Origin: a candidate division FCPU426 bacterium
GTDB lineage: Bacteria > Oederibacteriota > Muellerivitia > Muellerivitales > Muellerivitaceae
Assembly (NCBI GenBank): GCA_963830915.1
Contig: CAWHOE010000042.1
Span: 1 to 64,000 of the forward strand
DNA: 64,000 bases
Reading direction: 5' to 3'
Under the pieces are notes generated by a model that was given only the letters and a program-made list of their open reading frames with translations, was not told the origin of the DNA and ran no database searches. Positions 1 to 10,292 of the stretch are shown piece by piece (positions within the stretch are counted from its first letter, which is position 1; the number at the start of each line of letters is the position of its first letter). Both the position numbers and the translations under genes were made by a program.

Positions 1-18
1 TCCTGTCAGGCCATATGT

Positions 19-1746
19 TTAGTGAGGGGCAAGCATGGTAGGCGTTTTTTCGGTGGAATCTGGTCGGGCAGTCTGGAAGACCGGCGTTTCCGGGACGGGG
101 CCGAGGACGTAGGTGGCGGGCAACAGTTCTCGGATACGGCTCATGGGGTGGGTTTTCACCCGGCTGATAATGTCGCGAAGATAAAAGTAAGGATCAATTT
201 TGTGGCGCTTGCAGGAAGCCACCAGGCTGTAGAGGATGGCCGCCCACCCGCCGCCCGCAACGCTCCCCGCGAACAGCCAGTTCTTGCGGCCCACCGCCAC
301 ACACCGAAGTGCCCTCTCCGCCGCGTTGTTGTCGATGTTCAAATCGCCGTCTTCTACATACCGGTTCAAGGCGTCCCATTGGTTAAACACATAAGTCAAG
401 GCCTCACCGAAGGGGCTCTTGGGTAAGGTCACGAGCGCCTGGGTGTCCAACCACTCTTTGAAGGCCTCCAAGATCGGTTTGGATTTCTCGGCCCTCAAGG
501 CCTGCCACCCGGCGGTATCCAGCGTCTTTTCGTCCGCCTCCCACTCCACCTCGTAGAGTTTTCGAATGAAAGCCATGGCCATCTTGGAGCGGCTCTTGTC
601 CGACACCTTGGCTTCGTTGAATTTCCTTCGGGCGTGCGCCCAACAAGCCACTTCCACCGCCTTTTCGGGCTTGAACATGCAGTCATACCCCGTGTAGGCA
701 TCCGCCTGGAGATACCCCTTCCAATCGCCCAGGAAAGCCTTCGGGTGCTCCGCCCGCCTATTTTCCGTGAACTCATAGACAATGTTCGCGTGGGTCTCGT
801 CGCCCACGTAGGTCCACAGGCGGCCTGTCTTCGCCTTACTATGTTTATCTTCCTCTTCGTCCCTTTGCCCCACCGATCCCGGGGGCTCTGAGGCTCCCGG
901 CGGGGCGCCGTCGTCCAGGTATGGCACCGGCGTATCGTCCGTGTGGATCACCTTGGATTCCAGCACGTCCTGTTTCATGGCCTCGTACAAGGGTTCCAAC
1001 AATCCCGCCACTGCTCCCACCCAGCCACACAAGGTGGAACGGCTTATTTCCAGGCCCCCTCTTTCAAATATTTCCGCTTGGCGGTAAAGCGGCAGGTGAT
1101 CTGCGTATTTCGCCGTTACCACCTGGGCCAGCAACCCAGGACCCGCGATGCAACGCTCGATGGGCCTCACCGGCGCCTCACTGGTCACCGGGGCATTCTT
1201 ACAGCAGGAACAGGCCCATTTTTCCAGGACATCCTGGCGGATATAGGTGACCGCCGGGATGTGTTCCAGGGTGTTTCGCACGTCCTCGCCCATCTTCGTC
1301 AGGGGTTTTTGGCATTCCAGGCAGGTCTTCTTGTCCTCGCTCAGGGGGTGTTCCACCCGCAAGATGGGCAGGTTCTCGGGCGGCTTGTTTCGCCCATGGC
1401 CCTTCTTCCTCGTGTAGGTCAGCGTTTCGGTTTCTTCTTGGGGCTTTTGGGCTGCGGTCATCTGCCCCAACCGTTCTTCGATCTCTTTGAGAAAAATCGA
1501 CAGTTGGGCATCGTTGAATTGTTCGGACTTGCGACCGTACCGACTTTTTGCGGCCAAGTAGAGTTGGTGCCGCAGGCGTTCAATGGTTTCACCCTGATCC
1601 TTCAAGGTTTCGAAAAGACTTAGGACGAGGGATTTTAGGGAAGCGGAATCATCAGGAAGGGTTTTTAAATCGGGAAGAGTAAGAGGAGAGGTTGGCATCG
1701 CTCTTTGAGACGCACCAACCTCTCCCGAAGTTTCAAACAACTTCAA
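19..1746 (-). CDS. tnpC: IS66 DDE transposase TnpC (start may be the ATG at ~1698)
   Basis: Leucine-zipper N-terminus, CxxC...CxCC zinc finger, motifs KYADHLPLYRQ, DDTP, CWAHARRKF, DNNAAERALR, GRKNWLF. Confidence 0.95.
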   Translation of the reverse strand: MKLFETSGEVGASQRAMPTSPLTLPDLKTLPDDSASLKSLVLSLFETLKDQGETIERLRHQLYLAAKSRYGRKSEQFNDAQLSIFLKEIEERLGQMTAAQKPQEETETLTYTRKKGHGRNKPPENLPILRVEHPLSEDKKTCLECQKPLTKMGEDVRNTLEHIPAVTYIRQDVLEKWACSCCKNAPVTSEAPVRPIERCIAGPGLLAQVVTAKYADHLPLYRQAEIFERGGLEISRSTLCGWVGAVAGLLEPLYEAMKQDVLESKVIHTDDTPVPYLDDGAPPGASEPPGSVGQRDEEEDKHSKAKTGRLWTYVGDETHANIVYEFTENRRAEHPKAFLGDWKGYLQADAYTGYDCMFKPEKAVEVACWAHARRKFNEAKVSDKSRSKMAMAFIRKLYEVEWEADEKTLDTAGWQALRAEKSKPILEAFKEWLDTQALVTLPKSPFGEALTYVFNQWDALNRYVEDGDLNIDNNAAERALRCVAVGRKNWLFAGSVAGGGWAAILYSLVASCKRHKIDPYFYLRDIISRVKTHPMSRIRELLPATYVLGPVPETPVFQTARPDSTEKTPTMLAPH

Positions 1747-1756
1747 AAATTCTTCA

Positions 1757-2131
1757 TCACGCCATCACCGGTTGGGGTTTGTGCGACAGGCCCAGGCTAA
1801 ACCGTTTGCGCCTCTGTACTCTCGCCAGGCTGATTCCCTCGATGAGCATCGAAAGCTCCGCCGGGCTCATCTCCACGCACGTTCCTTCACCTTGGCGCAT
1901 CTCGAAGGTCCCGGCTTCCAGGCGCTTGTACCACAGGCACAACCCATCCCCGCCCCAGTACAACACCTTCAGCCGGTCCCCCCGCCGGTTGCGGAACACG
2001 AACAGGTGCCCACTCAAAGGGTCTTGCCTCATCACCTCACCGGCCAGGGCCGACAGGCCGTCAAACCCCTTGCGCATGTCCGCCGCTCTCGTACACACAA
2101 ATACTCGGATGCCCGCCGAGAGGGTCAGCAC
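1757..2131 (-). CDS. tnpB: IS66 accessory protein TnpB
   Basis: DMRKGFDGL, LFVFRNRRGDRLKVLYW, KRLEAGTF. Confidence 0.95.
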   Translation of the reverse strand: MLTLSAGIRVFVCTRAADMRKGFDGLSALAGEVMRQDPLSGHLFVFRNRRGDRLKVLYWGGDGLCLWYKRLEAGTFEMRQGEGTCVEMSPAELSMLIEGISLARVQRRKRFSLGLSHKPQPVMA

Positions 2132-2460
2132 GCCTTTTCCTCCAGGGCTCGGACCAATTCAGCCAACGCCGGGGCGGGCATTTCCCGGTACAGCCTCAAA
2201 ACCCGGCCGTTCAAAAGGGTCAATTCCACAACCGGATGGGTTTCGCCACCCGCAGTCACTACTGAAACGGGCAGGAAGGCCTGGCGACCCCGAACCACAG
2301 GGCTCTGGGGACCGGCCAACCGTCTTTTCCAGGCGTAAAAGCTTGGCGGGCTGATCCGACTTTTACGGCAATAGGCCGATCCGCTCAGGCCACTACGCTT
2401 CCAGGCCCGCAAAACCTCCTCCCACCGCTTTTTATTCCGGAATTTGCTCTGCTTCGCCAT
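2125..2460 (-). CDS. tnpA: IS66 accessory protein TnpA (HTH)
   Basis: WKRSGLSGSAYCR...SFYAWKRRL and FLPVSV, directly upstream of tnpB. Confidence 0.9.
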   Translation of the reverse strand: MAKQSKFRNKKRWEEVLRAWKRSGLSGSAYCRKSRISPPSFYAWKRRLAGPQSPVVRGRQAFLPVSVVTAGGETHPVVELTLLNGRVLRLYREMPAPALAELVRALEEKAC

Positions 2461-2548
2461 GGTTTTCCTCCCTAGACAAGATTGGTCTCCATGGTGGTTT
2501 CTACGGGAGGGTGGCAGGATTGGCTAGATGGTGCAACAAGACGCTTAC

Positions 2549-3569
2549 CACCAGCCAGATGGGTCGTTTCGAGACGGAGGTCCTCACCCAGTCGAAGAAT
2601 TTGACCGGCTTAATTGACTTATCGGGCCAATGGATCGATGGAGTCCATGAGAAAAAGCCCATACAACAGATCATCCTCGACATGGATAGCTCAGTGAGCG
2701 AGACCTACGGGGATCAGGAAGGTTCCTTGTACAACGGTTACTTTGGCTGTACCTGTTACCATCCCCTGTTTTGCTTCAACCAGTTCGGCGATTTGGAACG
2801 GGCTATGTTGCGCAACGGCAATGTGGCCAGTGCCCACGAATGGCGTTCGGTTCTTGAACCGGTAGTTGCCCGCTACCGGGGTCTTTCCATCAGCCGGTTT
2901 TTCCGGGGTGACGCGGCTTTCGCCCGTCAGGAACTATACGAATACCTAGAAGACGAAGGATATCTTTACGCGATCCGCCAACCTGCCAATGCCATACTCC
3001 AACGGGAAATCGAGCCATTTTTAACCCGTCCCGTGGGCCGCCCCTCCCACAAGCCGGTTGTCCGGTTTCACAGCTTCCAATACCAAGCCGTCAGCTGGGA
3101 CAAACCCCGCCGCGTGGTGGCGAAGATCGAACATCACAACGGGGAATTGTTCCCAAAGGTGGGTTTCATCGTAACGAACATGCGACGACCGGCACCCCAG
3201 GTGGTGAAATTCTACAACGGAAGAGGCACGGCTGAGCAGTGGATCAAAGAGGGAAAGTATGCGATGAAGTGGACAAGACTAAGCTGCCACGACTTCGCGG
3301 ACAACCAAGTGCGCTTACAACTATTCGCCCTGGCCTACAATCTGGGCAACTTCCTGCGCCGACTGGCACTGCCAGAACTGGTGAAACATTGGTCGCTAAC
3401 GACCTTGAGGGAAAAACTCATCAAGATCGGGGCTAATGTCATCCGTCATTCGCGGTACGTTATTTTCCAGATGGCGGAGGTGATGGTTTCCCGACGCCTG
3501 TTTGCTGAAATCCTCAATCGGATACGGCTACTGGCAATGGTAAGGCCGCGAGCGCCAGTACTGCGATAA
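2549..3569 (+). pseudogene. IS1380-family transposase, 5'-truncated by IS66
   Basis: TSQMGRFETE, LDMDSSVSETYGDQEG, CYHPLFCF, RGDAAF, FYNGRGTAEQWIKEGK; N-terminus missing. Confidence 0.9.
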
Positions 3570-3816
3570 CCGCAGGAAGGCATCAAGGCTTCAACCCGAG
3601 CGACTACCGCAGGATAGGTGTGCGCTCACAACGAGAATTGGCTTTCCAGAAGGTCAATTTCAGCTTTTTTGGGCACAGAAACCTTTTCCTGGGGCTTATT
3701 TCAGTGGCCCAGGACGGAAAATTCCGGATTCGGATGGAAGAAGCGGGGGGGGGCGATATAATGAGAAACAAATTACCCGGCAATGTTTTCAGAGAAGGTC
3801 ATCTGGGAAATTCCGG
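2549..3816 (+). mobile_element. 3' part of an IS1380-family element interrupted by IS66
   Basis: Transposase C-terminal part followed by the terminus-like ATCTGGGAAATTCCGG (3801-3816), after which CHAP coding sequence resumes. Confidence 0.75.
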
Positions 3817-4000
3817 ATTAGATGTTACCACCGGGTGGTCAGCGGGCCATGTCGCTTATGTGGAAAGCGTAAATGGAGACGGAACAATTACTGTCACGGA
3901 ATCGAGTTATTCAACTAGCACAACAAGTAATTGGAATTTCCTTTGGCGACATCGCACCGTAAATCCTTCTTGGTGGTCCCGTTTTATCCATGTGCCGTGA
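3817..4000 (+). pseudogene. C-terminal fragment of a CHAP-domain amidase/peptidase
   Basis: GHVAYVESVNGDGTITVTES...FIH is the CHAP His motif. The Cys half is missing, and the upstream part of ORF 3620 is IS DNA. Confidence 0.75.
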
Positions 4001-4030
4001 CGGAAAGAATTAATTTTAAAAGGAGTTCAT

Positions 4031-5161
4031 ATGAAAAGACTTTTTGTTTTTGGTGGTATAATTTTGTTTGCGATTTTCCACCAATTTGCCTGCGGAACTA
4101 AACCTCCTTCAAATCCGGGTCCGGTTACTTTAGTTTTGAATAATCCAACCCCCACACCAAATTCTGGTAGCAGTGGTGTTACGGTGACGACCTTGGCGGG
4201 GTTAGCGGGGGTTACTGGTTCAACTAATTCAAACGGAACCAACGCAACGTTTTTTGGACCCATCGGAATCGCTGTGGATACTTCTGGAAATGTTTATGTT
4301 GCGGATCAGATCAACAATATGATCCGGGAAATTACCTCAGGGGGAGTGGTATCGACCTTGGCGGGTCAATTAACATCTGGTTCTACTAACGCAACAGGCA
4401 CCGCCGCATCGTTCTATTGGCCCCATGGAGTCGCGGTGGATTCAACTGGAAATGTTTACGTCGCGGATAGGCGTAATTATCTGATTAGGAAAATTGCCCT
4501 TGGCGGCGCGGTGACGACCCTGCGGGGTCGGCAGGGGTACAGGGGCCACCAACGGGACAGGTGCCGGCGCATTATTCAATTATCCCGATGGCGTAGCGGT
4601 AGATATCTCAGGGAATGTTTACGTCGCGGATGTAGTCAACAGTGTAATCCGGAAAATCACACCAGCCGGTGTGGTAACGACCCTGGCGGGGTCGGCAGGG
4701 GTTACTGGATCAACCAACGCAACTGGTACCTCTGCATCATTTTGCGATCCCTTAGGAGTCGCAGTCGATTCTCCGGTAACGTTTACGTCGCGGATGCGGG
4801 CAATCACCTCATCCGGGAAATTACCTCCGGAGGGGTGGTGTCAACTCTGGCTGGGCAAGCGGGTGTTGCCGGGGCCACCAACGCAATTGGAACCGCCGCA
4901 TCGTTTAATGATCCCTCTGGAGTTGCTGTTGATTCTTCGGGAAATGTTTATGTCGCAGATTATGGCAACCACGTGATACGGAAAATTACTTCTGGTGGCG
5001 TTGTGTCGGTGCTGGCGGGATCGGCAGGGGTTACTGGATACACCAATGGAACAGGGGCCACGGCGTTATTCAATTATCCCGCTGGGGTGGCAGTGAATTC
5101 GGCAGGAACAACCGTTTACGTCGCGGATTCTAGCAACAATCTAATCCGCGTAATTCAATAA
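4031..5161 (+). CDS. NHL-repeat beta-propeller lipoprotein with compensating frameshifts (~4520-4540 and ~4770)
   Basis: Lipobox FAC and repeats F..P.GVAVDSSGNVYVAD..N..IRKIT. The middle repeats lie in another frame (ORF 4671). Confidence 0.85.
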   Translation: MKRLFVFGGIILFAIFHQFACGTKPPSNPGPVTLVLNNPTPTPNSGSSGVTVTTLAGLAGVTGSTNSNGTNATFFGPIGIAVDTSGNVYVADQINNMIREITSGGVVSTLAGQLTSGSTNATGTAASFYWPHGVAVDSTGNVYVADRRNYLIRKIALGGAVTTLRGRQGYRGHQRDRCRRIIQLSRWRSGRYLRECLRRGCSQQCNPENHTSRCGNDPGGVGRGYWINQRNWYLCIILRSLRSRSRFSGNVYVADAGNHLIREITSGGVVSTLAGQAGVAGATNAIGTAASFNDPSGVAVDSSGNVYVADYGNHVIRKITSGGVVSVLAGSAGVTGYTNGTGATALFNYPAGVAVNSAGTTVYVADSSNNLIRVIQ

Positions 5162-5703
5162 GTTTGGAAAATATATTCTTCGTGTTTAACCGCAAACATC
5201 GCCTTCATACAATACTCAAAATGGTTTTGACCGGGTCGCCTTCACATGGTTTTTCAAGAGACTGGGGCGTGATGGGCCCTGAAAGGTTTGACCAGTCCTA
5301 TAGACTTACTGCAGGCAGGCTCCCCCTTGCGCCAAAGCTTACCCGTTCGCTAAAGCTACGGGGAGCAAGTCGGGGCATGTAGGGCGGAGTTAAATGCAAG
5401 GGCTTCTTCAAAAAGGAACTCGTGAATTGGGAAATCACCGACAAAAGCGAAGTGAGAAGGACTGTTGACCGGGTGGATGAGGGCGTCCTTTATTCAAACA
5501 ACCTTTTCGTCCTCAACCAGGGATTTGAGATCAACCGCCGGGAGCAGGTTGTTTTTGTCGGGCAAACCATCACGAATTCCTGGATGTGCAAGGACCCCGC
5601 CTGCGGCCACCAGTGGCAAACCGAGGAATACACCCTCAAATGTTGTTGGAAAGTATGGTCTGGAAATACTTTTGGTTTTTCCTATTGGATGACCCAATTT
5701 ATT

Positions 5704-6006
5704 TTAACGTTTTTGGTTCAACAGTCTTTTCCTAGGGCGGCCCGGTCCTTGCCGGGACGTTTTAGGCTCTAAGAAGAATTCCCAAGCAGGACATCCCAAA
5801 ATCTCCTTGAACCGGTATATGGTCAAAAGTGTCATATTTCTTAATGTCTCACATTCTTGGACTTGATGTGAATGGGTGTTATTTTTTTCGGCGACTTGCG
5901 CTTGGGAAAGACCCCTTTTAATTCGTACTTCCGCGATCCGGTGGCCGACATTTCTGAGAAAAATTTCTTCGCCTTCATTCAATATTTTTTTCTTCATATT
6001 TAGCAT
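5704..6006 (-). CDS. XRE-family HTH regulator
   Basis: VGHRIAEVRIKRGLSQAQVAE...TLLTIYRFKEILGCPAWEFF; divergent from the 6146-20505 gene run. Confidence 0.85.
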   Translation of the reverse strand: MLNMKKKILNEGEEIFLRNVGHRIAEVRIKRGLSQAQVAEKNNTHSHQVQECETLRNMTLLTIYRFKEILGCPAWEFFLEPKTSRQGPGRPRKRLLNQKR

Positions 6007-6030
6007 TTTCTAATCAAAACCATTTTCAAA

Positions 6031-6052
6031 ATACACGGTTATAGCCGTGTAT
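6031..6052. promoter_or_regulatory. Putative XRE operator
   Basis: ATACACGG-TTATAG-CCGTGTAT with perfect 8-bp arms in the divergent intergenic region. Confidence 0.5.
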
Positions 6053-6145
6053 ATAAATAAAACGGAAAACCCATAATAAACATCCTGTCATTCGGGCAAG
6101 AACCAAAAGAAAGCTTTGGGAGCCCGTTATGCCTTTGGAGAATTT

Positions 6146-7225
6146 ATGGGAAAAAATATAATTATCATTTTGGGAATATTGCTTGCCGCATTTTCTGCTT
6201 TTGTTTGTTCAACTGGCTGTAAAAACAACGGCCCCTCCACACCTTACGATATCGCTTTCACGCCGACTCCGGTCCGCATCTATGGCGCTGTCAACGTCTT
6301 TGTTGAAGATAAGGGGATAGCCGTACCTAACTTGGTTGTTAAGGCGATCCCGCCTTCCGGGGTTACGGTTTTCAGCCAAGCGACCACGGCCAGTGGGATA
6401 GCCATATTCAACCCGCCCTACCTGGAAGTGGGCAATTGGACTTTTGTGGTCCCGGCTCAAACACCCTTCCCCTTTGCACCGAGCACGATCACCATGCCGG
6501 TATCAGTCGTCAATGAAACGGCCAATTTCAATTCGGCGGGGGCGACGCTTTATTTGACCCCGACCGTTCCTGAATCCTTCACTTCCACGAACCCTGGATC
6601 GCCTTATACCTTCAACCTGATTTATAGCCAACCAGGAAACCTTTTCGTCCCAGCTAAAATAGCTTTTTCACCATTCCCAAACAATTGGAGCGGTGCTTTT
6701 GGCCCGGCAACAATTGGTTTCGGAAATGCCGACACCGGTACGGTCACGGTCATAGCCAATAATTGCGTTGACCAGCAACCCAGTTTCGCCGTTACAGCTC
6801 TCGATTTTGAGCCCACGCCTTACCCCAGGGCTTTCAGCGCCGCGCAAACTATCGTTAAAAATTTTAGCTCCAACGCGAAAGTAACCGTGACTAACACCCT
6901 CTTGGGAATCGGGACTTGCGGGAGCAATTATGCTTTTGAGTGGAGCGGGGAGCTTTATATCAGCGCCACGGATGCCTGCTCATCCTTCCAGGTTTGGTTT
7001 ACGAGCGGAAATTGCTGTCTTACCAACGTTTCCATGGCCGGGCAGTCGGTTGCCACCCAGGATTGCGGGGGGCCGAAATTTACCCTTGGACCCGGCAATT
7101 ACGGGTTCACCATGAACACCACCCAATATTCACCGACTTTATATGTTTCCTTTGAAGGGCAATCGGGCTCAGTCGCCGTCCCCGTCAGCGGTGGAAACGC
7201 CACGGCTTTTAATTATTCTTATTGA
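6146..7225 (+). CDS. Hypothetical surface lipoprotein
   Basis: Signal peptide with Cys, PTP linker, beta-rich Ser/Thr sequence, Cys-rich C-terminus. Confidence 0.7.
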   Translation: MGKNIIIILGILLAAFSAFVCSTGCKNNGPSTPYDIAFTPTPVRIYGAVNVFVEDKGIAVPNLVVKAIPPSGVTVFSQATTASGIAIFNPPYLEVGNWTFVVPAQTPFPFAPSTITMPVSVVNETANFNSAGATLYLTPTVPESFTSTNPGSPYTFNLIYSQPGNLFVPAKIAFSPFPNNWSGAFGPATIGFGNADTGTVTVIANNCVDQQPSFAVTALDFEPTPYPRAFSAAQTIVKNFSSNAKVTVTNTLLGIGTCGSNYAFEWSGELYISATDACSSFQVWFTSGNCCLTNVSMAGQSVATQDCGGPKFTLGPGNYGFTMNTTQYSPTLYVSFEGQSGSVAVPVSGGNATAFNYSY

Positions 7226-7236
7226 AGGATAGACCT

Positions 7237-7992
7237 ATGAATAAATATCTGTTTCTTGCGCTGGTTGGTTTGTTGGCAGGTTGTGATAAAGGGCCTTCCG
7301 GGCCGACAGGCCCCCAAGGACCCACCGGCCCAGGGTCCACGGCCTACACGGTTGAGCTTGAGAATGGGGTTTACCCGGACGCGGGGTACACCGGTTGCGA
7401 CCCCCATTGGATTGACGGAAACAACCCAAACAGCGCTCCCGCGACGGGGGAAATCCAAGTCGGGTACGGGAACGGAACTTTCCAACCTTCGCTTGGACTT
7501 ATCCGTTTTGACCTTTCCTATGGCTTGCCGGTGAACGCCAACATCATGGCGGCAAGCCTTCAATTGACGACCGAAACGTCAACGATCTTATCCGGGGTTA
7601 ACAATGTTTTTGGTGTCCACCAGGTTATCCCACCCCCCGCCGGACAAATCACCTGGAACGACTCAAGCACATGGAACGTAGTGGTTTCTCCCTACGGCTG
7701 GGACGGAGGTACCAGCTCCCCTATCACGCTCGGGGTTGATTACGCGAGCACCCCCATGGACGCGGTGACGGTGACCCCTGCCCAAGTGAATTCAAACCAA
7801 GTTCTTTTAGCATGGAACATCACCCCTTCATTGGCCCAGGTTTGGGCGAATAAGAGCAACAATAACTATGGGATTTTAATTTCGCCTGAACCCGAAACAA
7901 CCGGGATGCTATCAGGGTTTATCGCCTTTTGGGACAACACCGGAAATAGCCAGCAGAAGCCGAAGTTGCTGGTCACCTACACCATTCCATAA
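7237..7992 (+). CDS. Lipoprotein with short collagen-like segment and DNRLRE-like domain
   Basis: Lipobox LAGC, GPSGPTGPQGPTG, GLIRFDLS..LPVNANIMAASLQL, NNYGILI, KPKLLVTY. Confidence 0.7.
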   Translation: MNKYLFLALVGLLAGCDKGPSGPTGPQGPTGPGSTAYTVELENGVYPDAGYTGCDPHWIDGNNPNSAPATGEIQVGYGNGTFQPSLGLIRFDLSYGLPVNANIMAASLQLTTETSTILSGVNNVFGVHQVIPPPAGQITWNDSSTWNVVVSPYGWDGGTSSPITLGVDYASTPMDAVTVTPAQVNSNQVLLAWNITPSLAQVWANKSNNNYGILISPEPETTGMLSGFIAFWDNTGNSQQKPKLLVTYTIP

Positions 7993-8005
7993 GGGAGATA
8001 AAGGC

Positions 8006-9310
8006 ATGCCCCGATTATCCGTTTTTAAATACTTAAAGGACATCGGGACTATGCCGACCTCCTTAATGAATATTTTGGGGGTCGGTATGAAAACTAAAGC
8101 GTTGGTTTTAGTGGTTTTGATATTCGCTTTTTCTGGTAGCGCATTCGCCAAGAAAATACCGACCGAAACTCCCACCCCAAGCCCGAGTTCTACCCCCACT
8201 CCGGCACCTAAGCCGGTTTGGGTGCCGCCTCCCCATGTGGACAACGACTCAAAGGCCCTTAACGCGACCGTCGCGGCCCATTACTCAAGTGATGCGACCG
8301 GGACTTCGGGATATTCCTTATTTGACCTGTCCGCCGTCCGGAAACTCGACGAGAACGACGTTTCGGCCCTTGGGACGGTCCGTTTCATGAAGGATTTTTC
8401 AAGCTCGGATGACGTCGGGGAAATCCAAATCAGGGAAGCGAATTTCTCCCTCTCGGAACCGTGGATTGAGGTGAGGGTTGGCCGGATGGATTTGTCCGAC
8501 ATCGCTAGTACGACCCATTTTTTCGGCAGGTATCCACTGATGGGTTTACGGCGGCTGGATGGGATCAAAGTTTATATCCCATTCAAGTTTTTCTTTGGGG
8601 TGGAGGATTACAAGAGCGTTTCCAGCCCGCCGACTTCGTTGAGTTTCTTCTATTTTCCTACACTTCTTTCGGCCCAGGACGCCGTCCTGGACGGTTCCCA
8701 AGGGTATTTCATGGGGCAGGCCCGAATGAAGCTCAATTTTGGGGATCTCCGGACGGTCCTGCTTTTCAATTTGGGGGGCAGCGCATCAGATGATTTCCAG
8801 TATTCCTCGGTAAGCGGAAACCCTGCCTATTCCATTTGTGGGGAAGCCAATTTCTCAAGGGATTACACCCTTTACTTCGAGTACGGCGCTCAGGATTCCG
8901 CGCATTCCGGCGACACGAACGCCTTCACCTTTGGGGCAAGGGCCGAGCACCTTTTCACATTTGATTTCCTGTCCCTGGACCGGATCATTCTGGAAATGCA
9001 GGTTCCGATTGCCAGCAATCCCAATAATCCCTTTACGGGTGGGAATGGAATTAATCCGCCGACCGGGGGGTTGCCTCAGAACGCTTTGTACGGGAAGGCC
9101 CGGATTAGAATCCGCTCCATTTTCATCGACTTCAACATCACCGATTCCGTGGGTGATTTCACCTTCGCGCGGTTGAACCAAAACAACATCAATACGCCCT
9201 TACCTATGCCGGTGGGTGGCGGGAACGAGACGGACGGGCTTGAAATCCCGCTCCGCTCGCCGGGTTACAACACCTACGTCTTTAGCGTGGATGCGGGGGT
9301 CCAGTTTTGA
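8006..9310 (+). CDS. Putative outer-membrane beta-barrel protein (ancestral start 8087)
   Basis: Signal peptide from 8087, PT linker, amphipathic strands, C-terminal Phe (AGVQF). Confidence 0.6.
   Translation: MPRLSVFKYLKDIGTMPTSLMNILGVGMKTKALVLVVLIFAFSGSAFAKKIPTETPTPSPSSTPTPAPKPVWVPPPHVDNDSKALNATVAAHYSSDATGTSGYSLFDLSAVRKLDENDVSALGTVRFMKDFSSSDDVGEIQIREANFSLSEPWIEVRVGRMDLSDIASTTHFFGRYPLMGLRRLDGIKVYIPFKFFFGVEDYKSVSSPPTSLSFFYFPTLLSAQDAVLDGSQGYFMGQARMKLNFGDLRTVLLFNLGGSASDDFQYSSVSGNPAYSICGEANFSRDYTLYFEYGAQDSAHSGDTNAFTFGARAEHLFTFDFLSLDRIILEMQVPIASNPNNPFTGGNGINPPTGGLPQNALYGKARIRIRSIFIDFNITDSVGDFTFARLNQNNINTPLPMPVGGGNETDGLEIPLRSPGYNTYVFSVDAGVQF
8009..8087 (-). repeat. 79-bp double-hairpin miniature element, copy 1
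   Basis: Reverse complement matches the 40053 copy (core GGTCGGCATAGTCCCGAT); flanked by TG/TG. Confidence 0.75.
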
Positions 9311-9861
9311 GGAAATTGATTCCCTTGTTCTTTTTAATCTTTTCTCCCGCATTTGCGGAGGAGAACCCTTTTGTGTCAATCCGGGAAAGGGACCAATGGG
9401 CCATTGAACAGGTCATGGAACATAAGGCTCCGGGCGACTATTGGGCCGGAAACCCAAGTGGAGGAATTTCCAGCACCCACCGGGGGAAAAAGACCGAACC
9501 TTTGACGCCCCCCACGGCAACCCCTTTCCAGACCCAAACCTACAATTTCCAAACCGAAACCGACGAAGCCAAGGTCAGCGCCTTGGTTACCAATTTAGGC
9601 CCCAATTTCATCATCGATATTTCATGCGACCAAACCATCCAGGGCTGGCTTTTGAAAAGGCAATCCGGAGGGGAAGTTTTCCTGAAAGGGGGAGCGCCCA
9701 ATGGACAACCCCTACAAGTGCCGGATCAGGGTGGACCGGCCCTATATCAAGGATTTTGGTTTGACGGTCTATGTCACCCAAGACAGCGATCCCGCATTCG
9801 TGCAGCTTTATTAATAAAAGGTGAGTTATGGAAAGCCAAAAACAAAATACGGAAGACATAA
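9307..9861 (+). CDS. Hypothetical exported protein (probable frameshift near 9765)
   Basis: Signal peptide. An alternative frame ends YVTQDSDPAFVQLY* just before the next RBS. Confidence 0.55.
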   Translation: MRKLIPLFFLIFSPAFAEENPFVSIRERDQWAIEQVMEHKAPGDYWAGNPSGGISSTHRGKKTEPLTPPTATPFQTQTYNFQTETDEAKVSALVTNLGPNFIIDISCDQTIQGWLLKRQSGGEVFLKGGAPNGQPLQVPDQGGPALYQGFWFDGLCHPRQRSRIRAALLIKGELWKAKNKIRKT

Positions 9862-10292
9862 AAGTTTTCCATCCTTCCTTCTTCCAATACCTTTCCATTT
9901 TCATCGTTCCCTTGGCCTTGTTCCTCCTGGTTCCCCAGGGGGTCAAGGTTGCCTATGTCATTCCGGCATTCTGGATTCTGGAAATATTCCTGCTTCTTTG
10001 CCTTTGGATTTTCCTAGCGACCACGAAATACATCATTCGACCGGATTGGATTGAAATTAAGACCGGAATCCTGGTCAAGCGCTCCACGGCCATTCCTTTC
10101 GACAAGATCATCGATATCACCTGCAAACAAAACCTCGTCCAAAAGCTTTTCAACATCGGGGACCTCTTTATTGAAATCCCAGGTGTAGATCCTTTTGGAA
10201 TCGTCCTAAGCGGCGTGGAAAGGCACCAGGAGGTGGCGGAATTGTTATTCGCCAGGAAGGAAAAGGGAACGGAATGTCCCGATATTCAATGA
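9828..10292 (+). CDS. Membrane protein with bacterial PH (bPH_2) domain
   Basis: Two TM helices, then KYII...IEIKTGILVKRSTAIPFDKIIDITCKQNLVQKLFNIGDLFIE. Confidence 0.8.
   Translation: MESQKQNTEDIKVFHPSFFQYLSIFIVPLALFLLVPQGVKVAYVIPAFWILEIFLLLCLWIFLATTKYIIRPDWIEIKTGILVKRSTAIPFDKIIDITCKQNLVQKLFNIGDLFIEIPGVDPFGIVLSGVERHQEVAELLFARKEKGTECPDIQ

Larger units (their letters stand above)
1..2548 (-). mobile_element. IS66-family insertion sequence (left end at 2548; right end outside the window)
   Basis: tnpA-tnpB-tnpC order on the minus strand. The reverse complement of 2531-2548 reads GTAAGCGTCTTGTTGCAC, the GTAA-type IS66 terminus. IS1380 coding sequence begins at 2549. Confidence 0.9.

Noticed and set aside
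3620..3816. 5' part of ORF 3620-4000 as a real gene start
   Set aside because: It lies within the IS1380 right end and is a chance in-frame fusion to the CHAP fragment.
5164..5772. ORFs 5164-5382 and 5422-5772
   Set aside because: No recognisable family. The first overlaps a REP-like hairpin (TTCGCTAAAGCTACGG) and the second overlaps the XRE gene end; possibly remnants.
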